DNA from: Squalus acanthias
Taxonomy: Eukaryota
Length of the DNA: 64,000 nucleotides
Direction: 5' to 3'
Assembly: GCA_030390025.1 (NCBI GenBank)
Contig: JASTWF010000034.1
Span: 310,001-374,000 of the forward strand
Numbering within the stretch: position 1 is the stretch's first letter; the number at the start of each line of letters is the position of its first letter. A program made the translations under genes and the position numbers. The notes below the pieces were generated by a model. It saw nothing but the letters and a program-made list of their open reading frames with translations, did not search any database and had not been told where the DNA came from. Below, one piece after another: positions 25,690 through 38,903 of the stretch.

Positions 25690-25952
25690 ATTTTAATCAC
25701 TCCAACATTGGTGGCCATGCCTTCAGCTGCCTGGGCCCGAAGCTCTGGAATTCTGTCCGTAAACCTCTCTGCCTCTCTCTCCTCCATCAAGACGCTCCTT
25801 AAAAATTACCTCTTTGACCAAGCTTTTGGTTATCTGCCCAAATATCTCCTTATGTGGCTCGATGTCAAATGTTGTTTGATAAACTCCTGTGAAGCGCCTT
25901 GGGACGTTTTACGACGTTAATGGCGTTATATAAATATAAGTTGTTGTTGTGT
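25690..25952 (+). mobile_element. L2-type LINE 3' end
   Basis: KTLLKNYLFDQAF end, GGCGTTATATAAAT tail and (GTT)n. Confidence 0.7.
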
Positions 25953-25964
25953 TTTGCTTATTTC

Positions 25965-26800
25965 CAATTTAAGAATTAACAATTAACTTTACTCCCTTGT
26001 TTATTGGTTATCATACCCAATTTAACAATTAACTGAGAGAGTTTTAACCTGTGTATTGGTTATCATACCAATTTAACAATTAACTGACAGCTTTACACTG
26101 TGTATTGGTTATCATACAAAATTTAACAATTAACTGTGACAGTTTTACCCTGTGTATTGGTTATCATATCCAATTTAACAATTAATTGTGACAGTTTTAC
26201 CCTGTGTATTGGTTATCATATCCAATTTAACAATTAACTGACAGTTTTACCCTGTGTATTGGTTATCATGCCCAATTTAACAATTAACTGTGTCAGTTTT
26301 ACTCTGTGTATTGGTTATCATACCCAATTTAACAATTAACTGTGACAGTTTTACCCTGTGTATTGGTTATCATACCCAATTTAACAATTAACTGACAGTT
26401 TTACCCTGTGTATTGATTATCATACCCAATTTAACAATTAACTGTGACAGTATTACCCTGTGTATTGGTTATCATACACAATTTAACAATTTACTGTGAC
26501 AGTTTCAGCCTGTGTATTGGTTAATTGTTAAATTGGGTATGATAATCAATACACAGGGTAAAACTGTCACAGTTAATTGTTAAATTGGGTATGATAACCA
26601 ATACACAGGGTAAAACTGTCAGTTAACTGTTGAATTGGGTATGATAACCAATACACATGGTAAAACTGTCAGTTAACTGTTAAATTGGGTATGATAACCA
26701 ATACACAGGGTAAAACTGTCACAGTTAATTGTAAAATTGGGTATGATAACTGACAGTTTCACCCTGTGTATTGGTTATCAAACCCAATATAACAATTAAA
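25965..26800. repeat. 50-52 bp AT-rich minisatellite with an internally inverted block
   Basis: TTTAACAATTAACTGTGACAGTTTTACCCTGTGTATTGGTTATCATACCCAA units; 26522-26750 are reverse-complement units. Confidence 0.9.
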
Positions 26801-26867
26801 TAATACACAAGTCAATAAAGTTAGTTATCAAGTCAAATTTAAATAACTGTAGCTCTTGTTTCCCCTC

Positions 26868-27520
26868 GAGGGATTTGAAAACAAGGATGCGAATTTTGAA
26901 ATCGAGGTGCTACTTAACCGGGAGCCAGTGCAGGTCAGCGAGCACAGGGGGGATGGGTGAATGGGACTTGGTGTGAGTTAGGACACGGGAAGCCGAGTTT
27001 TGGATGGCCTCAAGTTTACATAGGGTGGACTGTGGGAGGCCAGCCAGGAGTGCGTTTGAATAGTCAAGTCTAGAAGTAACAAAGGCATGGATGAGGGTTT
27101 CAGCAGCGGATGAGATGAGGCAAGGTCGGAGACGGGCGATGTTACTGAGGTGGAAGTAGGCGGCCTTTGTTATGCTGCGGATATGTGGTCGGAGGCTCAC
27201 TTCAGGGTCAAATACGACACCAATGTTATGAACAGTGTGGTTCAGCCTCAGACAGATGTTAGGGAGAGGGATGGAGTCAGTGACTCGGGAACGGTGTTGG
27301 TGGCAGGGACCGAAAACAATGCTTCGGTCTTCCCAATATTTACTTGGAGAAACTTTTGGCTTATTCAGAACTGTATCTCGGACAAGCAGTCTCACAATTG
27401 AGACACTGTGAAGGTGTCGAGAGAAGAGGTAGTGAGTTAGAGCTGGGTGTCGTCAGCGTACATGTGGAAACTGACTGTGTTTCTGGATGATGTCAACAAG
27501 GGGCAACGAGTAGATGAGAA
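26868..27520 (-). mobile_element. L2-type LINE ORF2 fragment
   Basis: HMYADDT, LIHAFVTSRLDYSNALL, LHWLPV. Confidence 0.85.
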
Positions 27521-27639
27521 ATCTCTCGCTCTATTCCCCTTTGTGCTGGTTGTCATGTTCAAGTTAACAATTAATGATAAATTTATTGCCCTGTGTCTTG
27601 TTGATCAAGCCCAATTTACCAATTCACTGGATCTTTATT

Positions 27640-29865
27640 CCACTGTGGATTTGTTATCAGGGAGAGCCAGCCCAGATTTGTTGAAGGCAAATCGTGTTTG
27701 ACTAAACTGATTGAGAGTTTTGATGAGGTAACAGGGTTGATGAGGGCTGTGCAGTTGATGTTCTGTATCCAGACGTTCAAAAGGCGTTTGATAAAGTTAC
27801 ACATATTCTGCTTGTTAGCAAATTAAAGCCCGTGGGATAAAAGGGGCAGAGGCAGCATGGATACAAATTGGATCAGGGACAGAAACACAGAATTGTGTTG
27901 AATGGCTGTCTTCGGGCTGGAGGGAGGTAAATAATGGAGTTCCCCAGGTTTCAGTACTGGGGTCTGGAGGGAGGTCAATAGTGGAGTTCCCCAGGGTTCA
28001 GTACTGGGGTCTGGAGGGAGGTAAACAGTGAAGTTCCCCAGGGTTCAGTACTGGGGCTAGAGGGAGGTATACAGTGGAGTTCCCCAGGGTTCAGTACTGG
28101 GGTCTGGTGGGAGGTAAATAGTGGAGTTCCCCAGGGTTCAGTACTGGGGGCTGGAGGGAGGTAAATAGTGGAGTTCCCCAGGGTTCAGTACTGGGGTCTG
28201 GAGGGAGGTATACAGTGGAGTTCCCCAGGGATCAGTACTGGGGTCTGGAGGGAGGTATACAGTGGAGTTCCCCAGGGTTCAGTACTGGTGTCTGGAGGGA
28301 GGTATACAGTGGAGTTCCCCAGGGTTCAGTACTGGGGTCTGGAAGGAGGTATATAGTGGAGTGCCTCAGCGTTCAGTACTGGCATCTGGAGGGACGTATA
28401 CAGTGGAGTTCCCCAGGTTTCAGTAGCAGGGGCTGGAGGGAGGTATACAGTGGAGTTCCCCAGGTTTCAGTACTGGGGTCTGGAGGGAGGTATACAGTGG
28501 AGTTCCCCAAGGTTCATCACTGGGGTCTGGAGGGAGGTATACAGTGGAGTTCCCCAGGGTTCTGTGCTGGGTTCTGGAGGGAGGTATACAGTGGAGTTCC
28601 CCAGGGTTCAGTACTGGGGTCTGGAGGGAGGTATACAGTGGAGTTCCCCAGGGTTCAGTACTGGGGTCTGGAGGGAGGTATACAGTGGAGTTCCCCAGGG
28701 TTCAGTACTGGGGGCTGGAGCGAGGTATACAGTGGAGTTCCCCAGGGTTCAGTACTGGGGTCTGGAGGGAGGTATACAGTGCAGTTCCCCAGGGTTCAGT
28801 ACTGGGGGCTGGAGGGAGGTATACAGCGGAGTTCTCCAGGTTTCAGTACTGGCTGCTGGAGGGAGGTATGTCGTGGAGTTCCCCAGTGTTCAGTACTGGG
28901 GTCTGGAGGGAGGTATACAGTGGAGTTCCCCAGGGTTCAGTACTGGGGGGAGGGGGGAGACATAAATATTATAGTTATAGTCATACTTTCCATTACTGAT
29001 TGATATTATTTATTATGTATTTCTAATCGCTCTTCAATGGGCATATAATTGGCAAATGTAATTTATACAGATAAATCTGAGGTATTACATTTTGGTAAGA
29101 AATGTAGAGAGGTCACATATTACTTGGAAAATAATAATCTAAATTGGGTCGAGGAGCAAAGGAATCTCAGAGTACAAATACACACATCACTGAAAGTAGC
29201 GACACAGGTTAATAAGGCCATAAAAATTAAACCAATCACTCGGGTTTATATCTGGAAAGGTAGAATTGAAAATTAGTGAATTTATGCTAAACTTGTATCG
29301 AACCTGGTTTAGACCACTCTTGGAGTGCTGCGTGCAATTCTGGTCGCTATATTCTAAAAAGGATATAGAGGCACTGGAGAGGGTGCAGAGAAGATTTACA
29401 AGGATAATACCAGAAAAGCAAAGTATACATATCAGGAAAGGATGAACAGGCTGGGTCTCCTTTCTCTTGAAGGCTGAGGGTTGACCAGATAGAGGTCTTT
29501 AAAATGAGGAAAGGTTTTGATGGAGTGGATACAGAGAGAGTGTTTCCACTTGTGGGGAACAGCAAAATTAGAGGCCATCAATATAAGGTAGTCACCAAGA
29601 AATCAATAAGGGAATTCAGAAGAAACCTCTTTACCCAGAGAGTGGTGAGAATGTGGAACTCGCTACCACAGGGAGTGGTTGAAGCGAATAGTATTGATGC
29701 ATTTAAGGGGCAGTTAGATAAGCATATGTGGGAGAAGGGAATAGAGGGTTACGTTGATAGAATTAGATTAAGTAAGACGGGAGGAGCCTCCAGTGGAGCA
29801 TAAACGCTGGCATGGACTGGTTGGGCCGAATGGCCTGGTTCTGTGCTGTGTACCCCATGTAATCC
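27640..29865 (+). mobile_element. Decayed CR1 RT/3' end hosting a 47-bp tandem expansion
   Basis: DVQKAFDK before the array; FTQRVVRMWNSLP and CR1 3' UTR after it. Confidence 0.8.
27917..28948. repeat. 47-bp minisatellite (~22 copies) derived from CR1 RT coding sequence
   Basis: Unit GGAGGGAGGTATACAGTGGAGTTCCCCAGGGTTCAGTACTGGGGTCT encodes WREVYSGVPQGSVLG. Confidence 0.92.
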
Positions 29866-29869
29866 CCTG

Positions 29870-30480
29870 TTACAGAGTAAAGCTCTCATCAAATACCTCC
29901 AGGGCAGGTACAGTGGGTTAGATACAAAGTTCAGCTCCCTCTACACTTCCCCACGAAACAGTCCCAGGGCCGGTACAGCACGGGTTAGATACAAAGTTCA
30001 GCTCCCTCTACGCTGCCCCACCAAACAATCCCAGGGCAGGTACAGCACGGATTAGATACAGAGTAAAGCTCCCTCTACACTGTCCCATCAAACACTCCCA
30101 GGACAGGGACAGCACGGGTTAGCTACAGAGTAAAGCTCCCTCTTTACTGCCACACCAAACATTCCCAGGACAGGTACAGCACGGGTTAGATACAGAGTAA
30201 AGCTCCCTCAACACTGCCCCACCAAACATTCCCAGGGCAGGTACAGCACGGGTTAGATACAGAGTAAAGTTCCCTGCAATTTGGTTCATCAACACAACCA
30301 ACTCTGATTCATCATGTGTTCAATGCAGCGTACAGCTCCCTTGACACTACCCAATGAAGCACAACCAGCTCGGGTGCAGCATGGGGTGAATACAGAATAA
30401 AGATCCCTCTATATGTAAGTGTCAAACACTCCCGGGTGAGGTATGGGCAAGGTTTATCTCCGAGTTAAGCTCCGCTCAAC
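29870..30480 (-). repeat. 67-bp satellite, short degenerate array
   Basis: Reverse complement of the unit at 34545-36900. Confidence 0.85.
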
Positions 30481-31110
30481 TTGCCACATCAAAGGCCGAG
30501 CCTGACGGCAGATGTTGAACAGCTCCCAGTATCTGGTTAGACTCTCACCTCAGCAAAATCCTGGACTGGTGGAATTCTCAGTAAAGTTCCTCACCTTTCC
30601 AATCATTGTTGAAGCTTCCCGTTTTATCCCGTGTCCGAAACTGGGGTTCTCGATCCCACCAGATCTGCTCTGTGAAACCAGAGACATTTCTCCAGTCCCA
30701 GTCAGTGAGGCGATGATTCGACTTCTCTCTCTCCATCTTCCTGAGATATTGCTCACTCCCAGAGACTGTCAATAGAAAAATGATTCATATTAATCCCAGA
30801 TCCAGTACCTGGAATACAGTGGGGCTGTTTTTGTGACTGAGATTGTATCTAATTTCATTATATTTGCAATTAATGTGTGTTTAAATTACTTACATTAATA
30901 TTAAATTTTTCCTTTCAGCCCTTTGCCCTGTTTATTGGGACTAAACTCACTGCCAGTGTCAGCTGTCACTCCAGCTCCTCCCACACTGACATCCCACTGC
31001 TGGGCGTAACCAGGGGCGGGGCCCTGTTTCCAAGTGACATCACACAGGAGCAGGGAGCCAATCAATCAAAGAGCAGCCTGGAAAAATGTTAAAGCGGCCA
31101 AGCCCCTCCC
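30480..31110 (-). other. Promoter/exon module, copy A
   Basis: Reverse-complement match to 51890-52520 and 62415-63050 with GC box, CCAAT box, GTAAGT donor and TTGACAG acceptor. Confidence 0.55.
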
Positions 31111-31129
31111 AATCCCCCCGGGGCAGGTA

Positions 31130-34100
31130 CATAACGAACATACGAATTAGGAGCAGGAGTCGGCCATTCGGCCCCTCAAGCCTGTTCCGCCATTCAATAA
31201 GATCATGGCTGATCTGATTACTCCACATTCCCGTCCAACCCCCGATAACCTTTCACCCCCTTGCTTATCAAGAATCTATCTACGTCCGCCTTAAAAATAT
31301 TCAAAGACTCTGCTTCCACCGCCCTGTGAGGAAGAGAGTTCCAAAGACTCACGACCCTGAGAGAAAAAAAATTCTCCGCATCTCTGTCTAAAATGGGCGC
31401 TCCATTATTTTTAAACAGTGACCCCTAGTTCTAGATTCTCCCACAAGAGGAAACATCCTCTCCGCATCCACCCTGTCAAGACCCCTCAGGATCTTATAGG
31501 TTTCAATCAAGTCACCTCTTACTCTTCTAAACTCCAGTGGATACAAGCCTAGCCTGCCCAACCTTTCCTCATAAGACAACCCGCCCATTCCAGGTATTAG
31601 TCTGGTAAACCTTCTCTAAACTGTTTCCAACGCATTTACATTCTTCCTTAAATAAGGAGACTAATACTGTACTCAGTACTCCAGATGTGGTCTCACCAAT
31701 GCCCTCTATAACTGAAGCATAAACTCCCTACTTTTGTATTCAATTCCCCTCGCAATAAATGATAACATTCTATTAGCCGTCTTAATTACTTGCTGTATCT
31801 GCATACTAACCTTTTGCGATTCTTGCACTGGGACACCCAGAACCCTCTGCATCTCAAAGCTCTGCAATCTCTCACCATGTAAATAATATACTTTTTTTTT
31901 TCCTGCCCAAATGCACAATTGCACATTTTCACACATTATACTCTATTTGCCAGATCTTTGCCCACTCACTTAACCTATTTATATACCTTTGTAGCCTCCA
32001 TATGTCCTCTTCACAATTTACTTTCCTACCTATATTTTTGTCAAAAATGAGAAGTCGCACAACACCAGGTTATAGTCCAACAGTTTTATTTAAAATTACT
32101 TTAAAAGTAATTTTAAATACAACTGTTGGAGTCTAACCTGATGTTGTGCGACTTCTCAATTTTGTCCACCCCAGTCCAACACCGGCATCTCTGCATCATA
32201 TCTTTTTGTTATCAGCAAATTTAGCAACCATACGTTCGGTCCCTTCATCCAAGTCATTTATATAAATTATAAAAAGTTGAGGCCCCAGCATTATCCCTGT
32301 GGCACACTACACATTACATTTGCTGAGCAGAAAGTGACCCATTTATGCCTACACTCTGTTTCCGGTTAGCTAGCCAATCTTCTATCCATGCCAATATGTT
32401 ACCCCCTACACCATGAGCTTTTATTTTCCGAAATAACCTTTGATGTGGCACCATATCAAATGCCTTCTGGAATTCTAAGTACAGTACATCCACCGGTTCC
32501 CCTTTATCCACAGCACATGTTGCTTCCTCAAAGAACTCCAATAAATTGGTTAAACATGATTTCCCTTTCACAAAACCATGCTGACTCTGCCTGATTACCT
32601 TGAGCTTTTACAAGTGCCCTGCTATAACGTCTTTAATAATAGTTTCTAGCATCTTCCCTAAGACAGGTGTTAAGCTAACTGGCCTGTAGTTTCCTGCTTT
32701 CTGTCTCCCTCCCTTTTTGAATAAAGGAGTTACAATCGCTATTTTCTAATCTAATGGAACCTTCCCCGAATCTAGGGAATTTTGGAAAATTAAAACCAAC
32801 GCATCAACTATATCACTAGCTACTTCTTTTAAGACCCTAGGATGAAGTCCATCAGGACCCGGGGACTTGTCAGCCCGCATCTCCAACAATTTCCTCAGTA
32901 CTACTTCCCTGGTGATTGTAATTTTCTTGACTTCCTCCCCCCCTTCCATTTCCTGATTTACAGCTGTTTCTGGGATGTTACTTGTATCCTCTATAGTGAA
33001 GACCGATGCAAAATACCTGTTCAATTCAACTGCCATCTCCTTATTTCCCATTATTAATTCCCCAGACTCACTTTTTATAGGACCAACGCTCCCTTTGTTA
33101 ACTCTTTTCTTTTTAGAATATCTATAGAAACTCTTACTATCTGTTTTTATATTTCTAGCTAGCTTTCTCTCGTACTCTCATTTATCTCTCCTTATTAATC
33201 TTTTAGGAATTCTTTGCTGTTTGTTTATATTCTGTCCAATCTTCTGATCTGCCACCCATCTTTTCACAATTATATGCTTTTTCTTTACGTTTGATACTAT
33301 CTTTAACTTTTTTAGTTAACCACAGATGGTGGGTCCTCCCCTTGGAATTTTTCTTTCTCGTTGGAATGGATCTATTCTGTGTATTCTGAAATATCCCATT
33401 AAATGTCTGCCACTGCAGCTCTATTGACCGATCGCTTTCTCTAGTTTGCCAGTTCACTTTAGCTAGCTCTGCTATCATGCCCTCATAATTGCCCTTATTT
33501 AAGTTTAAAAAAACTAGTCTTGGACCAAATCTTCTCTCCCTCAAACTGAATGTAAAATTCAATCATATTATGATCGCTGCGACCTAGGGGCACCTTGACT
33601 ATGTGGTCATTAATTAATCTTATCTTGTTTCACAATACCAGGTCTACTATAGCCTGCTCTCTGGTTGGCTCCAGAACGTGCTGTTCTAAGAAACTGTCCC
33701 AAAAACATTCTATGAACTCATCTAGGCTACCTTTGCCCATCTGATTTTTCCATCTATATGTAGATTAAAATCCCCCATGATTATTGCCGCACCTTTCTGA
33801 CAAGCTCCCATTATTTCTTCCTTGATACTCCAGCCTAACGTGTGGTTACTGTTTGGGGGCCTGTACACCACTTCCACAAGTGACTTCTTGCCTTCATCAT
33901 TTCTCATCTCTACCCAAACCGCTTCTACATCCTGGTTTCCTGAACTTAAGTCATCCCTCTATTGCGCTAATACCATTATTAATTTACAGAGCCACCCCTC
34001 CACTTTTTCCTAAATGTCATGTACCCTTCAATATTCAGGTCCCAATGTTTGTCATCCTGCAGCCATGTCTCTGTAATGGCTATAAGATTGTACTTATTTA

Positions 34101-34545
34101 ATTCTATTTGCGCCATCAGTTCATCTGTTTTGTTTCGAATGCTACGTGCATTCAGATACAGAGCCTTTAGTTTTGTCCTTTTATTATTTTTGTAACCTTT
34201 AGCCTTATCTGTTGATTTACTCTTAGATTTGTACTCTCTATCCCTTCCCGTCACGGTCTGTTTATCATTTCCCATATTAATACCTTTCTCTCTTGTCTTG
34301 TTTCTACTCTTTGAAATATCACATCTTCCCAGATTTGATCCCTAGCCCCCAATATTTAGTTGAAAGCCCTCTCTACCGCCCCAGTTATCTGACTCGCCAG
34401 AACACTGGTCCCAGCACGGTTCAGGTGAAGACCAACCCAATGGTACAGATCCCACTTTCCCCAGTACTGGTGCTAGTGCCCCAGGAAGCGAAACCAATTT
34501 CTCCCATACCAGTCTTTGAGCTACGCATTCATCTCTCTAATTTGA
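31130..34545 (-). mobile_element. CR1 LINE (ORF1 C-terminus, EN, RT, 3' UTR), decayed
   Basis: YLNARSI, ITETWL, GDFNLH, KSPGPDG, KAFD; inverted duplicate at 58977-62400. Confidence 0.9.
32043..32198. mobile_element. Miniature fold-back Penelope terminus
   Basis: ~60-bp inverted arms matching the ends of the 47731-49028 element, same 3' extension, degenerate ~12-bp target duplication. Confidence 0.75.
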
Positions 34546-36900
34546 TGGAACAGGGTAGAGGGAGCTTTACTCTGTATCTAACCCGTAGTGTATCTGCCCT
34601 GGGAGTGTTTGATGGGACAGTGCAGAGGGAGCTTTACTCTGTATCTAACCCGTGCTGTACCTGCCCTGCGAGTGTTTGATGGGTCTTTGTAGAGGGAGCT
34701 TTACTCTGTATCTAACCCGTGCTGTATCTGCCCTGGGAGTGTTTGATGGGGCAGTGTAGAGGGAGCTTTACTCTGTATCCAACCCGTGCTGTACCTGCCC
34801 TGGCAGTTTTTGATAGGACAGAGCAAAGGCAGCTTTACTCTGGCCCTAACCCATGCACTACATGCCCTGGGAGTGTTTGACGGGACAGTGTAGAGGGAGC
34901 TTTACTCTGTACATAACCCGTGCCTACATGCCCTGCGACTGTTTGATGGGGCAGTGCAGAGGGAGCTTTACTCTGTACATAACCCGTGCACTACCTGCCC
35001 TGCGAGTGTTTGATGGGGCAGTGTAGAGGGAGCTTTACTCTGCATCTAACCTGTGCTTTACCTGCCCTGGGAGTGTTTGATGGGACAGAGTAGAGGGAGC
35101 TTTACTCTGTATCTAACCCCGTGCCTACCTGCCCTGCGAGTGTTTGATGGGACAGTGTAGAGGGAGCTTTACTCTGTATCTAACCCGTGCTGCACCTGCC
35201 CTGGGAGTGTTTGATGGGGCAGCGTAGAGGGAGCTTTACTCTGCATCCTACCTGTGCTGTACATGTCCTGGGAGTGTTTGATGGGACAGTGTAGAGGGAA
35301 CTTCATTCCATATCTAATCCATGCTGCACCTGCCCCGGGACTGTTTGATAGAGGGAGCTCTACTCTATATCTAACCATTGTTGTATCTGCACTTGGTGTG
35401 TTTGATGGCACAATGTATAGTGAGCTATACTCTGTATCTAACCCGTGCAGTACCTGGCCTGGGAGTGTTTGTTGGAACAGGGTAGAGGGATCTTTACTCT
35501 GTATCTAACCCGTGCTGTACCTGCCCTAGGTGTGTTTGATGGGGCAGTGTAGAGGGAGCTTTACTCTGTATGTAATCCGTGCTGTACCTGACCTGGGATT
35601 GATTGATGCAACAGTGTAGAAGCAGCTTTACTATGCATCTTACCCGTGCAGTACCTGGCCTGGGAGTGTTTGATGTGATAGTGTACATGGAGCTACAGTC
35701 AGTATCTAAAACGGGCTGTACATGCCTGGGAATATTTGATGGGACAGTGTAGAGGAAGCTTTATTCTGCATCCAACCCAGTGCTGTACCTGCCCTGCGAG
35801 TGTTTGATGGGACAGTGTAGCGGGAGCTTTACTCTGTACCTAACCCATGCACTAACTGCCCTGCGAGTGTTTGATGGGACAGTGCAGTGGGAACTTTACT
35901 CTATATCTAACCATTGCTGCACCTGCCCTGCAAGTGTTTGATGGGACAGTGTAGCGAGAGCTTTACTCTGTATCTAACCCGTGCTGTACCTGCCCTGGAA
36001 ATGTTTGATGGGACAGGTGTAGAGGGATCTTTAATCTGTATCTAAACCGTACTGTTCCTGCCCTGGGTGTGTTTGATGGGACAGTGTAGAGGGAGCTTTA
36101 TTCTGCATCTAACTAGTGCTGTAGCTGCCTGGGAATCCTTGTTGCAACACTGTAGAGAGAGCTTTACTCTGTATTTAAACCTTGCTGTACCTGCCCTGGG
36201 AGTGTTTGATGGGATTGTGTAGAGGGAGCTTTACTCTGTATCTAAACCTTGCATTACCTGCCCTGGGAGTGCTTGATGGGATGGGGTAGAGGGCTCTTTA
36301 CTCTGTATCTAAACCTTGCTGTACCTGCCCTGGGAGTGTGTGTTGGGACAGTGTAGAGGAAGCTTTACTCTGTATCTAAACCTTGCTGTACCTGTCCTGG
36401 GAGTGTTTGATGGGATTGTGCAGAGGGAGCTTTACTCTGTATCTAAACCTTGCTGTACCTGCCCTGGGAGTGTGTGTTGGGACAGTGTAGAGGGATCTTT
36501 ATTCTGTATCTAAACATTGCTGTACCTGCCCTGGGAGTGTTTGATGGGATTGTGTAGAGGGCTCTTTACTCTGTATCTAAACCTTGCTGTACCTGCCCTG
36601 GGAGTGTTTGATGGGATTGTGCAGAGGGCTCTTTACTCTGTATCTAAACCTTGCTGTACCTGCTCTGGGAGTGTTTGATGGGATTGTGTAGAGGGCTCTT
36701 TACTCTGTATCTAAACCTTGCTGTACGTGCACTGGGAGTGCTTGACGGCCAGTGTATTGTTCGCTTTACTCCATATCTAACCCATGCTGTACCTAACCTG
36801 CTAGTGTTTGATGGGACAGTGCAGAGGGATCTTTACTAAGTATCTAACAAATGCTGTACCTGCACTGGGACTGTTTGATGGAACAGTGTACTGGGAGCCT
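34545..36900 (+). repeat. 67-bp satellite, ~35 units
   Basis: Unit GTGTTTGATGGGACAGTGTAGAGGGAGCTTTACTCTGTATCTAACCCGTGCTGTACCTGCCCTGGGA. Confidence 0.92.
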
Positions 36901-37225
36901 TATAACTCTATTACGTTAGAATCCTGAATAAACATTTACAAAAGGTGTATAACGGGTTATTAAGAATTATAATGATTTATAAAGGGTCATGTCCCTTTAT
37001 CATATTTTGCATCACTTTGTACCCCATTCAAATCCCTTTATAATCCTTTGTCAATCATTATTACACTTTATAAGCCTTTGTCGATCATTACCACCCTTTA
37101 TATTCCTTAACAATTCATCATAACACTTTATATTCTATTATCGACCTTTATATAAATCATTATAATACCTGATATTCATTTATAATAATTTATAACCAGC
37201 ATAATCCTTTATAACCCTTTATAAA

Positions 37226-37945
37226 GCGTCAGGATACAGCGTAGGGATAATGGGTAGGTACTCGAATTGGCAGGATGTGACTCCTGGTGTCCGGCAGGGC
37301 TGTGTTTTGGGGCCTCAGCTATTCACAATATTTATTAATGATTTAGGTGATGTCATAGAAAGTCATATACCCAAATTTGCCGATGACACAAAGATAGGCA
37401 GCATTGTAGGCAGTGTAGGTGAAACCATAACATTACAAAGGGATATTGACAGATTAAGGGAATGGGAAAAAATATGGCAAATGGATTTCAATGTAAGCAA
37501 ATGTGAGGGCAATCACTTTGGACCCGAAAATGATAGAACAGGTTACTTTCTAAATGGTGAAAAGCTAAAAAGAGTGGAGTTCCAAAGAGACTTGGGGGGT
37601 CCAGGTACATAGATCATTAAAATGTCATGGACAGGTACAGAAAATAATCAAAAAGCCTCATGGAAGCTGCTCTTTATATCTAAAGGACTAGATTACAAGG
37701 GGGTAGAAGTTATTCTGCAGCTATACAAAACCCTGGTTAGACCACACCTGGAGCACTGTGAGCACTTCTGGGCACCACACCTTAGAAAGGATATATTGGC
37801 CTTGGAGGGAGTGCAGCGCAGGTTTAGCAGAATGATACCCAGACTTCAAGGTTAAGTTACGAGGAGAGATTACACAAATTAGGGTACTATTCCCTAGAAT
37901 TTAGAAGGTTAAGGGGTGATCTGAGCGAAGTTTTCAGGATATTTT
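37226..37945 (+). mobile_element. CR1 RT fragment, cut off by a younger CR1
   Basis: QGCVLGP, KFADDTK; inverted duplicate of 54175-54895. Confidence 0.85.
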
Positions 37946-38903
37946 TATCAATGACTTGGAGGAGGGGACTGAAGGGTGGATCAGTAAATTTGCTGATGAC
38001 ACCAAGATTGGTGGAGTAGTGGATGAGGTGGAGGGCAGTTGTAGGCTGCAAAGAGACATTGATAGGATGCAGAGCTGGGCCGAAAAATGGCAGATGGAAT
38101 TTAACCCTGATAAGTGCGAGGTGATTCATTTTGGTAGGGCAAATTTGAATAAGGATTACAGGGTCAACGGCAGGGTTCTGAGGAACGTGGAGGAGCAGAG
38201 GGATCTGGGGGTTCATATCCACAGATCTCTGAAAGTTGCCACTCAAGTGGATAGAGCAGTAAAGAAGGCCTATGGTGTGTTGGCGTTTATTAACAGAGGG
38301 TTTGAGTTTAAGAACCGTGAGGTTATGCTGCAACTGTACAGGACCTTGGTGAGACCACATTTGGAATATTGTGTGCAGTTCTGGTCACCTCACTATAGGA
38401 AGGACGTGGAAACATTGGAAAGAGTGCAAAGGAGATTTGCCAGGATGCTGCCTGATTTGGGGGGGAGGTCTTATGAGGAATGATTGAGGGAGTTGGGGCT
38501 TTTCTCTTTAGAGCGGAGGAGGATGAGAGGCGACTTAATAGAGGTTCATAAGATGATGAGGGGGATAGATAGAATGGATGTTCAGAGACTATTTCCTCGG
38601 GTAGAGGCAGCTGTTACAAGGGGGCATAACTATAAGGTGCATGGGGGGAGATATAGAAGGGATGTCCGAGGTAGATTCTTTACTCAGAGAGTGGTTGGGG
38701 TGTGGAATGGACTGCCTGCTGTGATAGTGGAGTCGGACACTTTAGGAACTTTCAAGCGGTTATTGGATAAGCACATGGAGCACACCAGAGTGATAGGGAG
38801 TGTGATAGCTTGATCTTGGTTTCGGACAATGCTCGGCACAACATCGAGGGCCGAAGGGCCTGTACTGTGCTGTACTGTTCTATGTTCTATGTTCTATGTT
38901 CTA
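37946..38903 (+). mobile_element. Young 5'-truncated CR1
   Basis: ORFs 37956-38483 and 38484-38813; (ATGTTCT)n tail; closely matches reverse of 46683-47620. Confidence 0.9.

Noticed and set aside
28168..29003. 262-aa and other ORFs as a repeat protein
   Set aside because: Translation of the 47-bp array cycling through frames
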